A stretch of 64,000 nucleotides of DNA from Hyaloraphidium curvatum SAG 235-1 (GCA_025558095.1 JAIVFI010000032.1:434001-498000); one strand, 5' to 3'. Positions 1-11,385 are shown, numbered from the stretch's first letter. The notes: a model not told the origin generated them from the letters alone. Program-made: numbers and translations.

Positions 1-807
1 CTCGGCCGCAACATCGACCCGTTCCAGCACCCCGACATCGAGGACCCCGACGGCACCCCGCGCGCGCTGCTCGACGTGGGCTGCAACCTCGGCTGGTTCT
101 CCCTGCTGCTCGCCTCGCGCGGCGTCCGCGCCATCTGCGTCGAGCCGATGCCCGCCAACGCCGCGCTCGCCACGGCCTCGGTGTGCGAGAACGGCCTGCA
201 GGGTCGCGTGCACGTCATCGTGGCCGCCGTCTCGGACGTCGGGGGGGCGAGCTGCGCCATCGAGGCGGACCTGGCCAACGTCGGGGACGGAAAGCTCGTC
301 TGCGGCCCCTCGGCGGGCGGCGGGACCCCCAGCCGGGAGCTGCCCCCGCTCGCGAACGTGCTGTTCCCCGCGCTCGCGCCCCCCGTGTTCCAGGCCGTCC
401 CCGTGACCACCCTCTCCACCATCCTCCCGCCCCCCTCGTCGGTGTACCCGCGCGGGGTCCGCATCCGCGCCGCCAAGTTCGACGTCGAGGGGTTCGAGGA
501 ACTCGCGCTGATGGGCTCCCCTTGGCAGCGCGACCCCGCCCAGCGGCCGCGGCTGGTGGTCGCCGAGGCCGACCCGGACCTGCTCGCGCGCGCGTCGCGG
601 TTCGCTTCCCGCCAGAACGGGGAGTGCTGCTCCGCCGGTTCCCTCGCCGGCAGGCTCAAGGCGATGGGGTACGTACTGATGCGGACCAAGGACCACGGGG
701 AGGACGGGCCGCGGTACAGGCCGCTGGGGGAGGGCGAGGTGGAGGGGTGGGGGCAGGGGAGGAACCTGTTTGCGGAGCTGAACGCGTCGGCGATACCCTG
801 GCCGTGA
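1..807 (+). CDS. FkbM-family SAM-dependent methyltransferase (5' end outside window)
   Basis: Frame open from position 1. Motif I LLDVGCNLGWFSLL, VEP-x-P-x-N and KFDVEGFE are typical of FkbM/Methyltransf_21. Confidence 0.85.
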   Translation, partial: LGRNIDPFQHPDIEDPDGTPRALLDVGCNLGWFSLLLASRGVRAICVEPMPANAALATASVCENGLQGRVHVIVAAVSDVGGASCAIEADLANVGDGKLVCGPSAGGGTPSRELPPLANVLFPALAPPVFQAVPVTTLSTILPPPSSVYPRGVRIRAAKFDVEGFEELALMGSPWQRDPAQRPRLVVAEADPDLLARASRFASRQNGECCSAGSLAGRLKAMGYVLMRTKDHGEDGPRYRPLGEGEVEGWGQGRNLFAELNASAIPWP

Positions 808-1484
808 GCGCGGGGGGATGGGCGGGCGGGCCGGTGGTTGGGTGGATCGTGTGTGATGTCTATTGCACCTGGTCGGGCGGGTTGTGTGGAGTCACATGTG
901 CCACGGTCCTCTCCCCCGGCGAGCCCGATCGGACCAACCAGCGTCTGGATCGGCAAGCCAGCATCACGATCGGTATTTGCCATGCCATGTTGCCGGTTCA
1001 GCGGTGTGCTCTCCCGATGCTGGGATGGTGCGGAGCAACCGCCGGCCTCCCCAGCCCGTGGACCCGTAACCCTGCGCCGGCCGTTCCCCCGGTCCTCCGG
1101 GCCTCCTTCCCCCCGCCAGCCCCGGAACACGTCCGCAAACACCCGCGCAACCGGCCTGCCCCCGGGCCCGGGCCGTCTCGCGGGGGTCTTCGTGGTGTTG
1201 CGCTCCGTCGCTTGGGGTCTCCGGCGCACCGCCGCGGCGCCCTTGCGCCGCGCTACCCTTTTCGGGCGAGCCGCTACAAAAGCAGCACCCCGACAGGACC
1301 GCCGGCAAACACACACCCGAAGGTGGGCATCGCGCCCGGCGGCCGCTCGGGGCGGCGGAGAGCAGCGATGGCCGGAAGCGCGGGCGATGCGCCGCGCGAC
1401 CCGCCGGCGACGCTCTCTTCCGCCACGCCCCGCAGCCATCGCTCCCGTTCGAGCACACGCTAACCCGCCCGAACCGCAGCAACG

Positions 1485-3075
1485 ATGTTCGCCCGCGCCG
1501 GCCTCGCCGCCGCCCTCGCCTCGGCGCTGCTCGCCACGGCGGCCGCCGACTACGCCTACCCCAACGTGCCCGGGGCCTTCCCCGGCTACGACCTCATCAT
1601 CAACGAGGAGTTCACCGGCCCGGCCCTCAACTCGTCCATCTGGACGCCCGACTGGGACTGCTCGGGGTGCGCTGCCCCGTCCGCCCCCCCTCCGGCCTGC
1701 CCCTGATCCGATCGGCCCTCTTCCAGATGGGGCAACGGCATGCGCGCCGCCTACACCTCGCACCCCAGCAACCTCTACATCAACGACAGCATGCTGCACC
1801 TCAACCCGATCTGCGGCCGGCTGCAGCCCAACAAGTCCATCTGCCAGCCCTTCACCGGGTATCCCGAGTGCGCGTGCGAGCCGACCAACGTCAACAACAT
1901 GGACGCGACGTCTGCGCAGATCACCTCGAGGCACAAGTTCGCGTTCAACAAGGGCAAGTTCCGCGTGAGGGCAAAGATGAGCACGGGGTTCTACACCTGG
2001 CCCGCGTTCTGGCTGTACAAGGTGGGTTCATCCGGACCGGCCCGGTGTTGCCCGCCGTGATCGCGGCTGACGTGATCCCCGCCGCCCGTAGAACTGGGAC
2101 CACACCAAGGGCGAGGTCATGCCCATCTCCGGCGAGGTGGGCCTTCCGCGGTGCCGCATCACGGGCGTGATCTGATCCCTCTCCCCCGTCCGCAGATTGA
2201 CATCATGGAGGGCGTCGGCAAGAGGCCCCAGTGGTGGACGGCCGTCATCCACTGTTGGTTTCCCCCCTCGCGTCCTGCCTGTCCCCACCCCTCACCCCCT
2301 TTCTCCTCGCAGACCTCGTGAGGGACCCCGCCACCGGCGAGGTCCGCGACCGCGTGCGCAACGAGAACGCCGACTGGTCCTCCAACCTCAACGACTCGTT
2401 CCACGTCTACGGCCTCGACTGGACCGACGGCTTCCTCGTCTGGAGCATCGACGAGACCGTCATGTGGCGCCTCAACTACGGCCGCCTCTTCTCGGACCCC
2501 AACAACATCAACGTGTTCGACGACGGGCTGTACTACATCCTCCTCGACGTCGCCGTCGGCGGCCGCATGTTCGGCATCGGGTACGGGAACCGCAGGCCGC
2601 CGTACGACGAGCTCTGCGCGGACAAGGACATCTTCTCGCCCACCCAGGTGCGCTGCCCCTTCTGATCGATCGCGAACCTCCCCTGACCTTTCCTCCCCCG
2701 CAGATCGACTGGGTCCGCCTCTACCAGGAAACCGGCAAGCACAACTACTCCTTCTTCCAGCCCGGCCCGGACATCGTCCGCGGCTCGTCCCACCCGCAGG
2801 GCATCAACCCCGCGGGCGCCACCTGCCCCTTCGACGGGTGCGTCGGGTCCTCCTGGAACGACCGCGTGGCGTCGATCGAGGCCGCCACCCGCACGCCGAC
2901 CGCCGTGCCGACCACCCGGCCCGCGGCGGCGGCGACCTCGGGCGCGGCGGCGGCGACCTCGGCGCCCGCGGAGCCCCCGGCGAACACCTCCCGGCCCTCG
3001 GGAGCGGCGGGGCTCGCGGCGTCGGCGGCGGCGGTGCTGCTGGCCCTCGTCGCGGGGCTGTTTGCGGCCCTTTGA
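1485..3075 (+). CDS. GH16 glycoside hydrolase (beta-1,3-glucanase-like), secreted, probably GPI-anchored; about 5 introns
   Basis: Signal peptide MFARAGLAAALASALL. Spliced product has TWPAFWL, catalytic GE/IDIMEG, FHVYGLDWT and IDWVRLYQ. Ala/Thr/Ser-rich linker and hydrophobic C-terminus. Confidence 0.88.
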
Positions 3076-3496
3076 ACCTGAACAGGGAGGTATACCCAGC
3101 TTTCCGGGTAACGTTATTCTATGTCTATGTCGGCAAGGGGCGCATCGTTGTAATCTCTTCACTGGCGAACTAGACGCTTCGTATTGGTAGCATTTGCGAC
3201 CATCTTGCCTTTCCGCCTCCGCCGTCCGCGTAGCTTCTCGGGGTTCATGCCGTCCGCTCGGGCCCGCAGCGAAGCCAATTCCCGAAATCGAACATCTGCT
3301 CCGTAAATCGAGCTCTTCGAGTGCAAGTCCGCTGATATCAGCGATCCTGATTGCGAACGAAGCGGGTGTGATCTGGGTCGAACTCCGCGGTCGTGCAAGA
3401 GGCAAAAATCGTGCGACGCGAACACCGTCTCCCAGGCTCGACAGAACTAGCACCTCCTCGACAACAAAACCCGCCGCATCTCGCGAAACCGACCAG

Positions 3497-4228
3497 ATGG
3501 AGCCCGCCGAGGAGACCGGGCGAGCCGCCGCGGCGGAGGAGCCCGAGGCCGGCCGGCCCAAGCGCTCGCGCAAGCCCGCCAACAAGGCCGATGCGCCGTC
3601 TCCGAAGGGTGGCGAGCCCCCGAAGAAGAGGACGCGGAAGGCGAAGAAGGCGGAGCCGGAGCCCGAGGAGCTTGCGGCCGCTGACGACGGAGCGGGCGGG
3701 GCTGGCCAGGAGGCGTCCGCTGCCGCCGAGGTCGCCCCTGCCCCCAAGAAGAAGAAGGCTGCCGCCAAGAAGAAGGTGGCCGACCCCGAGGAAGGTGGGG
3801 ACGCCCCGCCCGAGGAGGAGAAGGCCACCCCGAAAAAGAAGGCCTCCAAGAAGAAGCCCGCCAAGGACCCGAACTCGCCAGCGGAGCTCGCCCGCCAGGC
3901 CATGCGGGAGCGCGTTTTCAAGGAGCTGGACGCTGCCGAGTTGATCGCCAAGGAGGAGCTCGCCGCCGGCGTCGATGCCAGGCAGGCCGCCAGGCACATC
4001 GTCAAGGTCTACGTCGACCTGGCCAAGAGCGGCGTCGTTCATCAGGTCCATCAATCAGGCCACGGCCGTCGGGTACAAGGAGGCGAACAAGCGCGGCATT
4101 CCCGTTCCCATGTTCTAGGAGGACAGTGGCGCCGCGGAACGGACTCCTTTCTTGGTGCAGGCGGATGGACGGCCATGGATCATTTGGGGTTCGCAGAATT
4201 GAAGCGGAGATTCAGCAGGATGGATTAG
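3497..4228 (+). CDS. Lys/Glu/Ala-rich low-complexity protein (histone H1-tail-like); C-terminus uncertain
   Basis: Strong coding codon bias from ATG 3497 (PKKKKAAAKKK, KKASKKKPAK). Codon bias moves to the +1 frame near 4035 (stop 4118). Confidence 0.6.
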   Translation: MEPAEETGRAAAAEEPEAGRPKRSRKPANKADAPSPKGGEPPKKRTRKAKKAEPEPEELAAADDGAGGAGQEASAAAEVAPAPKKKKAAAKKKVADPEEGGDAPPEEEKATPKKKASKKKPAKDPNSPAELARQAMRERVFKELDAAELIAKEELAAGVDARQAARHIVKVYVDLAKSGVVHQVHQSGHGRRVQGGEQARHSRSHVLGGQWRRGTDSFLGAGGWTAMDHLGFAELKRRFSRMD

Positions 4229-4695
4229 CGCGGGACATCTACTTCTACTTCTTTCGATTTAGATTACTGGGGTCTAAGCAAAACGGAGTCAGAAGTGGTC
4301 CGTTCTGGTCCCGATCGCTGTCCTGTCAATGGGCTTCCGGGGCTGCGGCGTGCTTTGGCCTTTCGGACGCGCGCAAGTGCCGCCGATCTCCCAAATCCTC
4401 CAGCGGGAAGACGAATTCGACGCGATCTGATGCAATTCCGAATGATCTTTCATCATTTGCTGCGGTAGTTCTGGCGCGAAGGGCTTCGCCTAATCTCGCT
4501 TGGCTGTGCGTCCGATCGCGAGCCCAGCAACGGCACCACCGCAAGACCCACAGCGGCACCGCGCCGCAGCATCCTCTCCCGGCGCCGTACGCATCTCAAC
4601 CGACTCCTACGCCTAGCCCGCCGTCGAAACGTGGAGCGTCGCCGCGACCGGCACAGGGGCACCCGCCGCGGCCGCTTGCGACGCGCAAAACCAGG

Positions 4696-4974
4696 ATGCC
4701 CACCGCCGGCAAGCGCGTGCGGTTCTACCCCCGCGCACAGGTCTTCGAAACCTACTCCGCGGCCGAGTACGACCGCGCTCCCGGGGGTCTCGAGGAGGAG
4801 GGACTCGTGGAGGAGGAGCCGGTCCCGGTGCCGCTTATCAGCGGCGCGCAGCCGGGGTCCAGGGTGTTCCTCGTCGTCTGGAACGGGGCGGGAGCAGACT
4901 GGGGACGTGGAAATGCGTGGGATGCCGGGCTTTCGCGGCTTCCGGTCGCGGGAGGGGACGCGGTGACCGCATGA
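4696..4974 (+). CDS. Small (92 aa) putative protein phosphatase 1-binding protein
   Basis: MPTAGKRVRFYPRAQVFETYSAAEYDRAP: an RVxF motif followed by V-x-x-TYS-x-x-EYDR, as in the PP1-binding segments of neurabin/spinophilin and yeast Bni4. Confidence 0.6.
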   Translation: MPTAGKRVRFYPRAQVFETYSAAEYDRAPGGLEEEGLVEEEPVPVPLISGAQPGSRVFLVVWNGAGADWGRGNAWDAGLSRLPVAGGDAVTA

Positions 4975-5261
4975 TCGGGCTGCGTGGACGTGACAACTTG
5001 CTTCGTGCTGCACTGCTAGTCGAGCTCTGCAGTCCGCATCTGCTGAACTCTGTGACATAGTCTGAACTGGATTTGAGCACATATGCCTGTACATCTTGAT
5101 TGTTACCTCATGTTTTCGTTGAATTGATGCCCAATCTGCCTGTACACGCCTTGTGTTTTGTGCTGGAGTCGAAGAGGACCTGAAGCCGACGGGGCCGCGT
5201 TACGATCGTCCACACCAAGAGAGAGGTGGCGCAAAAAGCTCCATTCTAGTATTCTAGGCAT

Positions 5262-6484
5262 CTAGAGGGACGCCTTGAAGTCTCCAACTGCCTTCTGCAC
5301 CATGGCCTCGCTCATGGTCCAGCACTTCTCCGCCATCGCCCTGTCGTTGCCGTACTTGCCGTGCGCTTTCTGCAGGGCAGGTCAATCCTTCCCGTTCTGC
5401 AAAAGGTCGTCGAGCAGAAAGACGTACCGCCAGCTTGGCCGTGGGCATGTAGTAGCTGCCCGAAGGCACCTGGTGCCCCTCCTTGAGCGGTTCCACAGCA
5501 AGGAAGAGCTGCGTCAGCGCGCCCTTCTCCGGGGTGGGGCCAATGAGCCAGCTGATTGCTGGCGCAAGGTTGCGAAGCAGGAAGCTCTCCTGGTTGACCT
5601 GCAAACGAAAGAGTCAGGGATTGCGCTGCGGAGAACTGAAAGACCCGAACCTTGTTGGTGATCTCGGTGCGGATCATTGTCCCGGGGTGCAGCGCGGTCA
5701 CGGTGATGCCAGAGGAAGGTCCAAGCTTCTCCGAAAGCAGCTGAGTGAACCAGACCTGTTTGCACTTTCGTGAGAAAACGACCTCCGTGTCCATGTAGCA
5801 GACCCGACCTGAGCCAACTTGCTCGTCCCGTAGGCGCCCGTCTCCGAGTACTTCGCCTTGTCCGCCTGCTCCTCCTCGCTGGGCAGCCCCGAAGGGTAGG
5901 GCATCGCGTGTGATTCCGACGACACGTTGACGACGGTCGACGGGGCGGAGGCGCGGAGGAGGGGAAGGAGCTCCAGGGTGAGGAGGAAGTGGGACAGATG
6001 GTTGATGGCGAATTGGGACTCGTAGCCGTCCGGGGTAAGCTCAAACTTGGTCATCGCGACGCCTGTGGGACCATGAAGTTCAGTTTCGTTCCGTCCGCGA
6101 CGCAAGTGCCACATAACTGCGTTGTTCATGAGGACGTGGAGCGGCTTCCCGCTCTGCTTGTACTGGTCCGCGAACCGCTTCACGGCTTTGAGGTCCGCCA
6201 GGTCCACGTGGGCGAGCTCAACGCCGTCCTTCCGCCCGGCATACTCAAGAATCTCGGCAACGGCCTTGGTGCCTTTCTCGAGGTTCCGAGCGATAATGAC
6301 CACGTTGGCACCGCGCTTGGCCAGCTCGCGGGCAGAGATGTAGCCGATGCCGATGTTGGCACCCTGTTCGACGGTAAGGCAAGAGCAGGCTACGGGAAGA
6401 CGCCCGGGTGCTCACGGTGACGATAGCGTACTTTCCCGAGAGGTCGGGAATGTCATTCTCGGTGAACTTCGGGTTGCTCGCCAT
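5262..6484 (-). CDS. Short-chain dehydrogenase/reductase (retinol dehydrogenase/WWOX-like), multi-exon
   Basis: IPDLSGKYAIVT/GANIGIG, LHVLMNNA, DGYESQFAINHLSHF, VVNVSS, catalytic YGTSK, ALHPG. Confidence 0.92.
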
Positions 6485-6564
6485 CGTGGAGTGAGTTTGG
6501 ACTGGTCAACAAGGGAGGTCTTGACAACGCGCGCGTCGGGTAAACACGACCCGTCCAAACGCCA

Positions 6565-7071
6565 ATGGCGAAGCTCGTGACCCTCATCGTGGCCTCCGCA
6601 GAGAATCGGGCGATCGGGCTCGGAGGGCGTCTCGCGTTTCAGATACCGGAGGACCAGCGGTGGTTTCACGAGAAGACCGTCGGGGCAACCTGCGTACTGG
6701 GTCGCGCCGGTTTCCAGGATTGGTCGGCAGCCACGAGCGATGGACGCGTTCCGGTTGTCGTCACGTCCGTTCCGTCGGTTGTGAAGTCCCGCCCCGGAGC
6801 TTTGGCCGCGCGAAGCGTGTCGGAAGCATTGGACATCGCTCGGACACTGCCCGGGGAGATAATGGTCTGCGGCGGCCAGCGGATCTACGAGGAAACGTTG
6901 CCTATCGCGGACCGCCTGATTCTGACGTTGGTCCATGCCGAAGTGCCGGGAGATACCTGGTTCCCTGAATGGCGGCATTTCGATTGGCAGGAGAGCTACC
7001 GCCGCGAGTCCAGCGACGCAAACTACCGCTACACATTCCTTATTCTCGATCGGGCCCGGGGCCGGCTATAG
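6565..7071 (+). CDS. folA: Dihydrofolate reductase, bacterial-type, intronless
   Basis: LIVASAENRAIG, IPED (catalytic Asp), LGR, VCGGQRIYEE, DRLILTLVHAEVPGDTWFP; 168 aa. Confidence 0.88.
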   Translation: MAKLVTLIVASAENRAIGLGGRLAFQIPEDQRWFHEKTVGATCVLGRAGFQDWSAATSDGRVPVVVTSVPSVVKSRPGALAARSVSEALDIARTLPGEIMVCGGQRIYEETLPIADRLILTLVHAEVPGDTWFPEWRHFDWQESYRRESSDANYRYTFLILDRARGRL

Positions 7072-7111
7072 CCGCGTGCATAATCTATCACGGGCATGAC
7101 ACAAGCTACGT

Positions 7112-9586
7112 TCACAATCTGGGCTTCACGGGCACCATGCCGCTCAGGGCAATACCCCTGCTCCCATCGTCCTCCAACATGGGCTTGTAGAGAGTCCGAT
7201 AGAAGTCCGCCACTGGCCAGTTCTTGCCCTGATTCAGCGGCTCCTCGATCGCCCACTGGAACATGGTTTCGTAGACCTTGCCGTCGTAACGGCCCAGTGC
7301 CGAGTTGAGCTCGTAGTCGGAGAATCCTGTTTGAAAAGTCAATGAAGATGCAGTTGACCCGCAATCGATGGTTCCCACCCCAAGCATCAGTCAGCGCCAC
7401 CACGTCCTTTCGGACGTCGACGACGAGCTTCCGGACGACCTTCCGCAGCCATCCAAACTGCTTCCGGTCCAGGTACCCGTTGTGCGCGAAGTCCGGCTCC
7501 GACTCCATGGTAGACAGGCAGTAGAGGAAGAACATGCGGCGCAGGGCTGCGTGCGCGTCCTTGTCCAGGCTCTGCTCCAGCACCCGCAGCTGCTCGGCGT
7601 AGCAGGTGACGATGACAAACTGCCCGTGAGCCTTGGAGACCATGTTGCCCTGGATGCGTCGCGGGACTCAACGACGGTGCGCAACAGCCCGTCCGCGAGC
7701 AAAGCTTACCTCCCACTGCATGTCCATCACTGACTCCCCGTCGCGCACCTCGTCCGCAAACAACGACACGAGTCGCCCCGCCCGCACGGCAAACGCCTTG
7801 ACCAGCTTTTCAACGTCCAGAAGCTCCTCAGGAGACGAGGCCGGGAACACGAGCTGACCGTAGCCGGGCTTCAGCGTGTCGAGCAGGTAGCGCGTGGTCG
7901 GGGTCGCGAGCGACTCGTCCGTCTGCTTGGCCGCGCGCATCTTGGACAGAGTCTTAAGCAGGTAGCGAGTGCACTGGAGAGCGATCATGTAGTTGTCTCC
8001 TTCTCCTGTCACCTGTTATCACCTGTTAGGATCACTATCGAGCAACCCCATGGCCTACGCTTTACCATCATGCCATATCCAGCGTTGGAAATGCCGGAGA
8101 ATGAGGAGTAGCCGTGGCCGCCGCACGCTCGCCGCATGTCGTCGATGCCGGAATAGGCCATATCCGTCGTCAGCTTCGCCACAGATAAGAACCACCGAAA
8201 CAGGGGTTTTGATCCTCTCTACCCACCGCCTTGAGGGAGGAGCTGGTCGCGTGGGTTTCCGGCTGCTGTGCCTGGGCTGCCGCCGGATCCTTGTTGAGCA
8301 GCGCCGTGAACTCCAGGTACTGTCGCATCATATCTTTTCCGACAAAGAGCAACGCGTAGGCCTGTGCGAGCTTCGTGCAGATACGGTGCGACTGCTGGGA
8401 ATAGTTGATGATCTGCGTCTCGGCCGGCTTGCCGCTGCGGGCCGACCACTCGGCGCCGACGGCGTCGCCGATGGCCTTGGGATCCGCCGACGCCGTCTGC
8501 CGCCGCACGACCGAGTAGCGGGCGGCAATCACGACAGCCTTGGCCAGGGAAAAGGCGGAACCGCGGACGAAGCCCGCCCGAACCATCATCCTGAACGCCG
8601 TCCAGAATGAGTAAGATCCATCCCTCCAGACAGCTGGTTCCGGCAAGCAGCAACTCACATGGCGTTGTAGACGATCCGAGACGACACCTCGCGCTTGTAC
8701 GTCCCGTCCGACGAGATGGAGGAGAAGCGCGAGAGGAGGGCGGTCTTGGGAACCCGGAACTTCCGGAAGATGCAGAATCCGTTGTCGATTTCGTTTTGTC
8801 CGTACTTGGGCCCGATGTCGCCGACAAATACGCCCGGCAGCGGCGAGTGGTCCTCCTCCGAGCGGATCCGAAAGACGAAGTTGTGGGGGCCGTAGTTCTT
8901 CCCGCGGATGACGAGCCGCGCCATGAGCGCGACGTGGGTGGAGGATTTGCCCAGGGATCCGATCCACCACTTGGAGGCCGTCAGGTTCGGCGAGTCGACC
9001 TCGAGGCAGTCCTCCTCGGGCACGTAGTTGACCACCGTTTCGAGCCCTTGCACGTTGGACCCGTGGCCGAGCTCCGTCTGAGCATAGCAGCCGATGATGT
9101 TGAAGTTTGCGATCTTGGGCAGGAGCTCCCGACGCTGTTCCTCGGATGCCTCTGTTTCGATGATCGACACTGTCCCCCAGACGCCGGTACGCGTCAGACC
9201 AAGCCTCCCTCCGCGCCCAGACGACACCTACGGAACATGGACGTGTTCAAGCCCAGGGGATTCGCCGCTTCCAGCAGCCCGAGGCCAACGTTCCAATGCC
9301 GCATGTCCCACTTCCGTTCCCGGCACACCTGCACCAACCGCGTCGCCTTGGCAGCAGCATCGCGCACGCACTGCTCGTGGGACGCCCCGCCCCTGGTCCG
9401 CGCGAACACCGGGTCGGTTTGGAACAGGGAGAGCACCTCGTTTCGGAGGTTCCGCTCGTCGAGTGGCATGACGACCTTTTCGAGCGCGGCGACGCCGAAA
9501 GAGGCGTTGGCCCGCTCGTGCGCCAGGGAGAGGGTTCCGGAAGGGCCATATGGCTCGAGGTCGGCTATCGTGGCGTACGATGCCAT
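7112..9586 (-). CDS. POX1: Peroxisomal acyl-CoA oxidase, multi-exon
   Basis: IGCYAQTELGHGSNVQGLET, SKWWIGSLGK, GDIGPKYG, RYSVVRRQ, TGEGDNYM, LNSALGRYDGKVYE; C-terminal PRL (PTS1-like). Confidence 0.95.
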
Positions 9587-9823
9587 GTTTCAGGGCAGGA
9601 GCACGGAGTTCGGTTGCTGGTGTTTGTCCGGGCCGGCGCGGGCTCCGCCAAGGAAGCAAGATGACTCAATCGCATTCGGACAGCGCATGAAGATCGTAAG
9701 CCTACATCTTCACTCTATGGGCACCGGTATCGGTAACGGCAGCGCATGCCCGCCTTTACATAGATGCCGGACTTTTCCACAACCCAGAGGGCGCCGTTGC
9801 GGCAAGAATTTCCCGCCCAGCCG

Positions 9824-10681
9824 TCATCGGGCTTTATCCAGTACGGATCTCCGTTCTCGGTGTCGACACACTGCATGAGAGACGATCAGACGTGTACCAC
9901 AGAGGGAGGGCGTCCAGATATAGCCCACCCTGTATCCGGGAACGAACGGGGCGTCGGGGTCCCAGTTCTCCGCGGCACGGTCCGCGATGGGCGCGTACTG
10001 GAGCGCACTGTCCCTGGTCACGGACAGACATGCGCGGACCTTGCCGTTGCCCAGGCTGGCTACAGTCGACGCGTCTTGTTTAAACACCAGGTCCGCAACG
10101 CAGGCGGTCCCGTTGCGGCTGAGTTCCAGGAGGTACCTCGGGGTACCCGAGTAGAAGGGCCATACTGGAGCGGAAGAGTCAGAGGCTGCAGCGCTGCTCT
10201 GTCAGAGCACGCACCTTGAGAGGGGAACAGGGAATAGTAGTCGTCCGCAACGTTCCCGCCGCCACCGCCACCCGCGGCCTTTGTGGTGGTAAGGCGGCGC
10301 TTCGTCGTGGTCTTGCGGACGGAGGTCGTGCGCTTCCGCGTCGTCGTCCGCTTCCTGGTCGTTGTCCGCTTGCGCGTTGTTGTCTTCTTCCTGCGCGTGG
10401 TTGTCTTCTTGAGCTGGCGGGCAGCCAGGCGGGGGACGGCGGGCGCGGCGGGCGCGGCCGACGCGGCGACGGTGCCCTCGGCGGGCACCAGCTCGGAGGC
10501 GGCGGGCGCAGGAACGGCGGCCGCGTGCGCGGGCGCGACGGCGAAGAAGCTCTGCGGCAGGACCCGTCAGCACAGACGACCTGTAGCGGCCGGCGGCCCG
10601 GGAGCGCACCTCGCAGGGTGCCGAGCTCGCGACGGCGAGGATAAGAAGGGCAGCAGCCCAAAAGTGGTGGAGCCGGGGCAT
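9824..10681 (-). CDS. Secreted hypothetical protein with a cationic Thr-rich repeat linker; 2-3 introns, 3' end uncertain
   Basis: Signal peptide MPRLHHFWAAALLILAVASS. GT-AG introns join ...APCE/SFFAVAP...LAARQLKKTTTRRKK...GGGGGNVADDYYSLFPSQ/VWPFYSGTPRYLLELSRNGTACVADLVFKQD. Confidence 0.6.
10282..10412 (-). repeat. Imperfect 18-nt coding repeat encoding (R/K)(K/R)xTTT units
   Basis: KKTTTRRKKTTTRKRTTTRKRTTTRKRTTSVRKTTTKRRLTTTK. Confidence 0.8.
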
Positions 10682-11157
10682 CGCAGCGTCAAGGGGTGTG
10701 AGTGACTCGATGAGGGACCAAGGCTCCTGCGCCTAGTATCCTGCGCCCCACAACGTCATCCGGATTTCTCATCCCGAAGCCAAAAACACCAAGACGCTCG
10801 CCGCACAAGAATCTGCAGGAGACGCCGTCGCTGTGCTGGGATTAGTCTGGCGATGGAAAATCCGCAGGAAACATGCTACGGGAAAGCGGAGAACGGAGGG
10901 GGCCTCGAGTTGCCACAGGATGTTTCAAAAGGCACAACCGAACTTCTTGACCGCGCGCCATACATAGAAGAGGAATTTGTATGCAAGCCGCGCGCCGCTG
11001 CAGGCCTGCTGCGTTCGAAGGCACCGCTCTATGTCGAACATCCGCATGAAACCAGTCCCACTTGAGTGACTGCGGCCTTCGTTCTGGGAAGAGCGAGGCG
11101 TCAATCCAATACAAGGGCTCCCTCGAAGCGCACACACACATGCTCGGCGAGCGCAAC

Positions 11158-11385
11158 CTAAGCGGTCGCGGTCGACTTCGGCCGCTTGCTCTTGGCCGAC
11201 TTGGTGCCCGAGTGGGTCTTCGCGCTTTTGGTGCCGCTGAACGACCGTGCGCTCTTCAGCGAGTTGTTGCCGCCCTTGCGGCCGCGGCGCTCGAGGGCGG
11301 CGGGCATGCCGGGGGCGGCCTCGACCGAGGCGAAGAGGAGCATGGCCAGGGCGGCGACGAGGAGGAGGAGGCGAACGGGGTTCAT
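11158..11385 (-). CDS. Small secreted cationic peptide precursor (75 aa)
   Basis: MNPVRLLLLVAALAMLLFASVEA signal, APGMPAALERR propeptide with dibasic site, then a K/S-rich tail with SGTKSAK repeated twice. Confidence 0.65.
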   Translation of the reverse strand: MNPVRLLLLVAALAMLLFASVEAAPGMPAALERRGRKGGNNSLKSARSFSGTKSAKTHSGTKSAKSKRPKSTATA

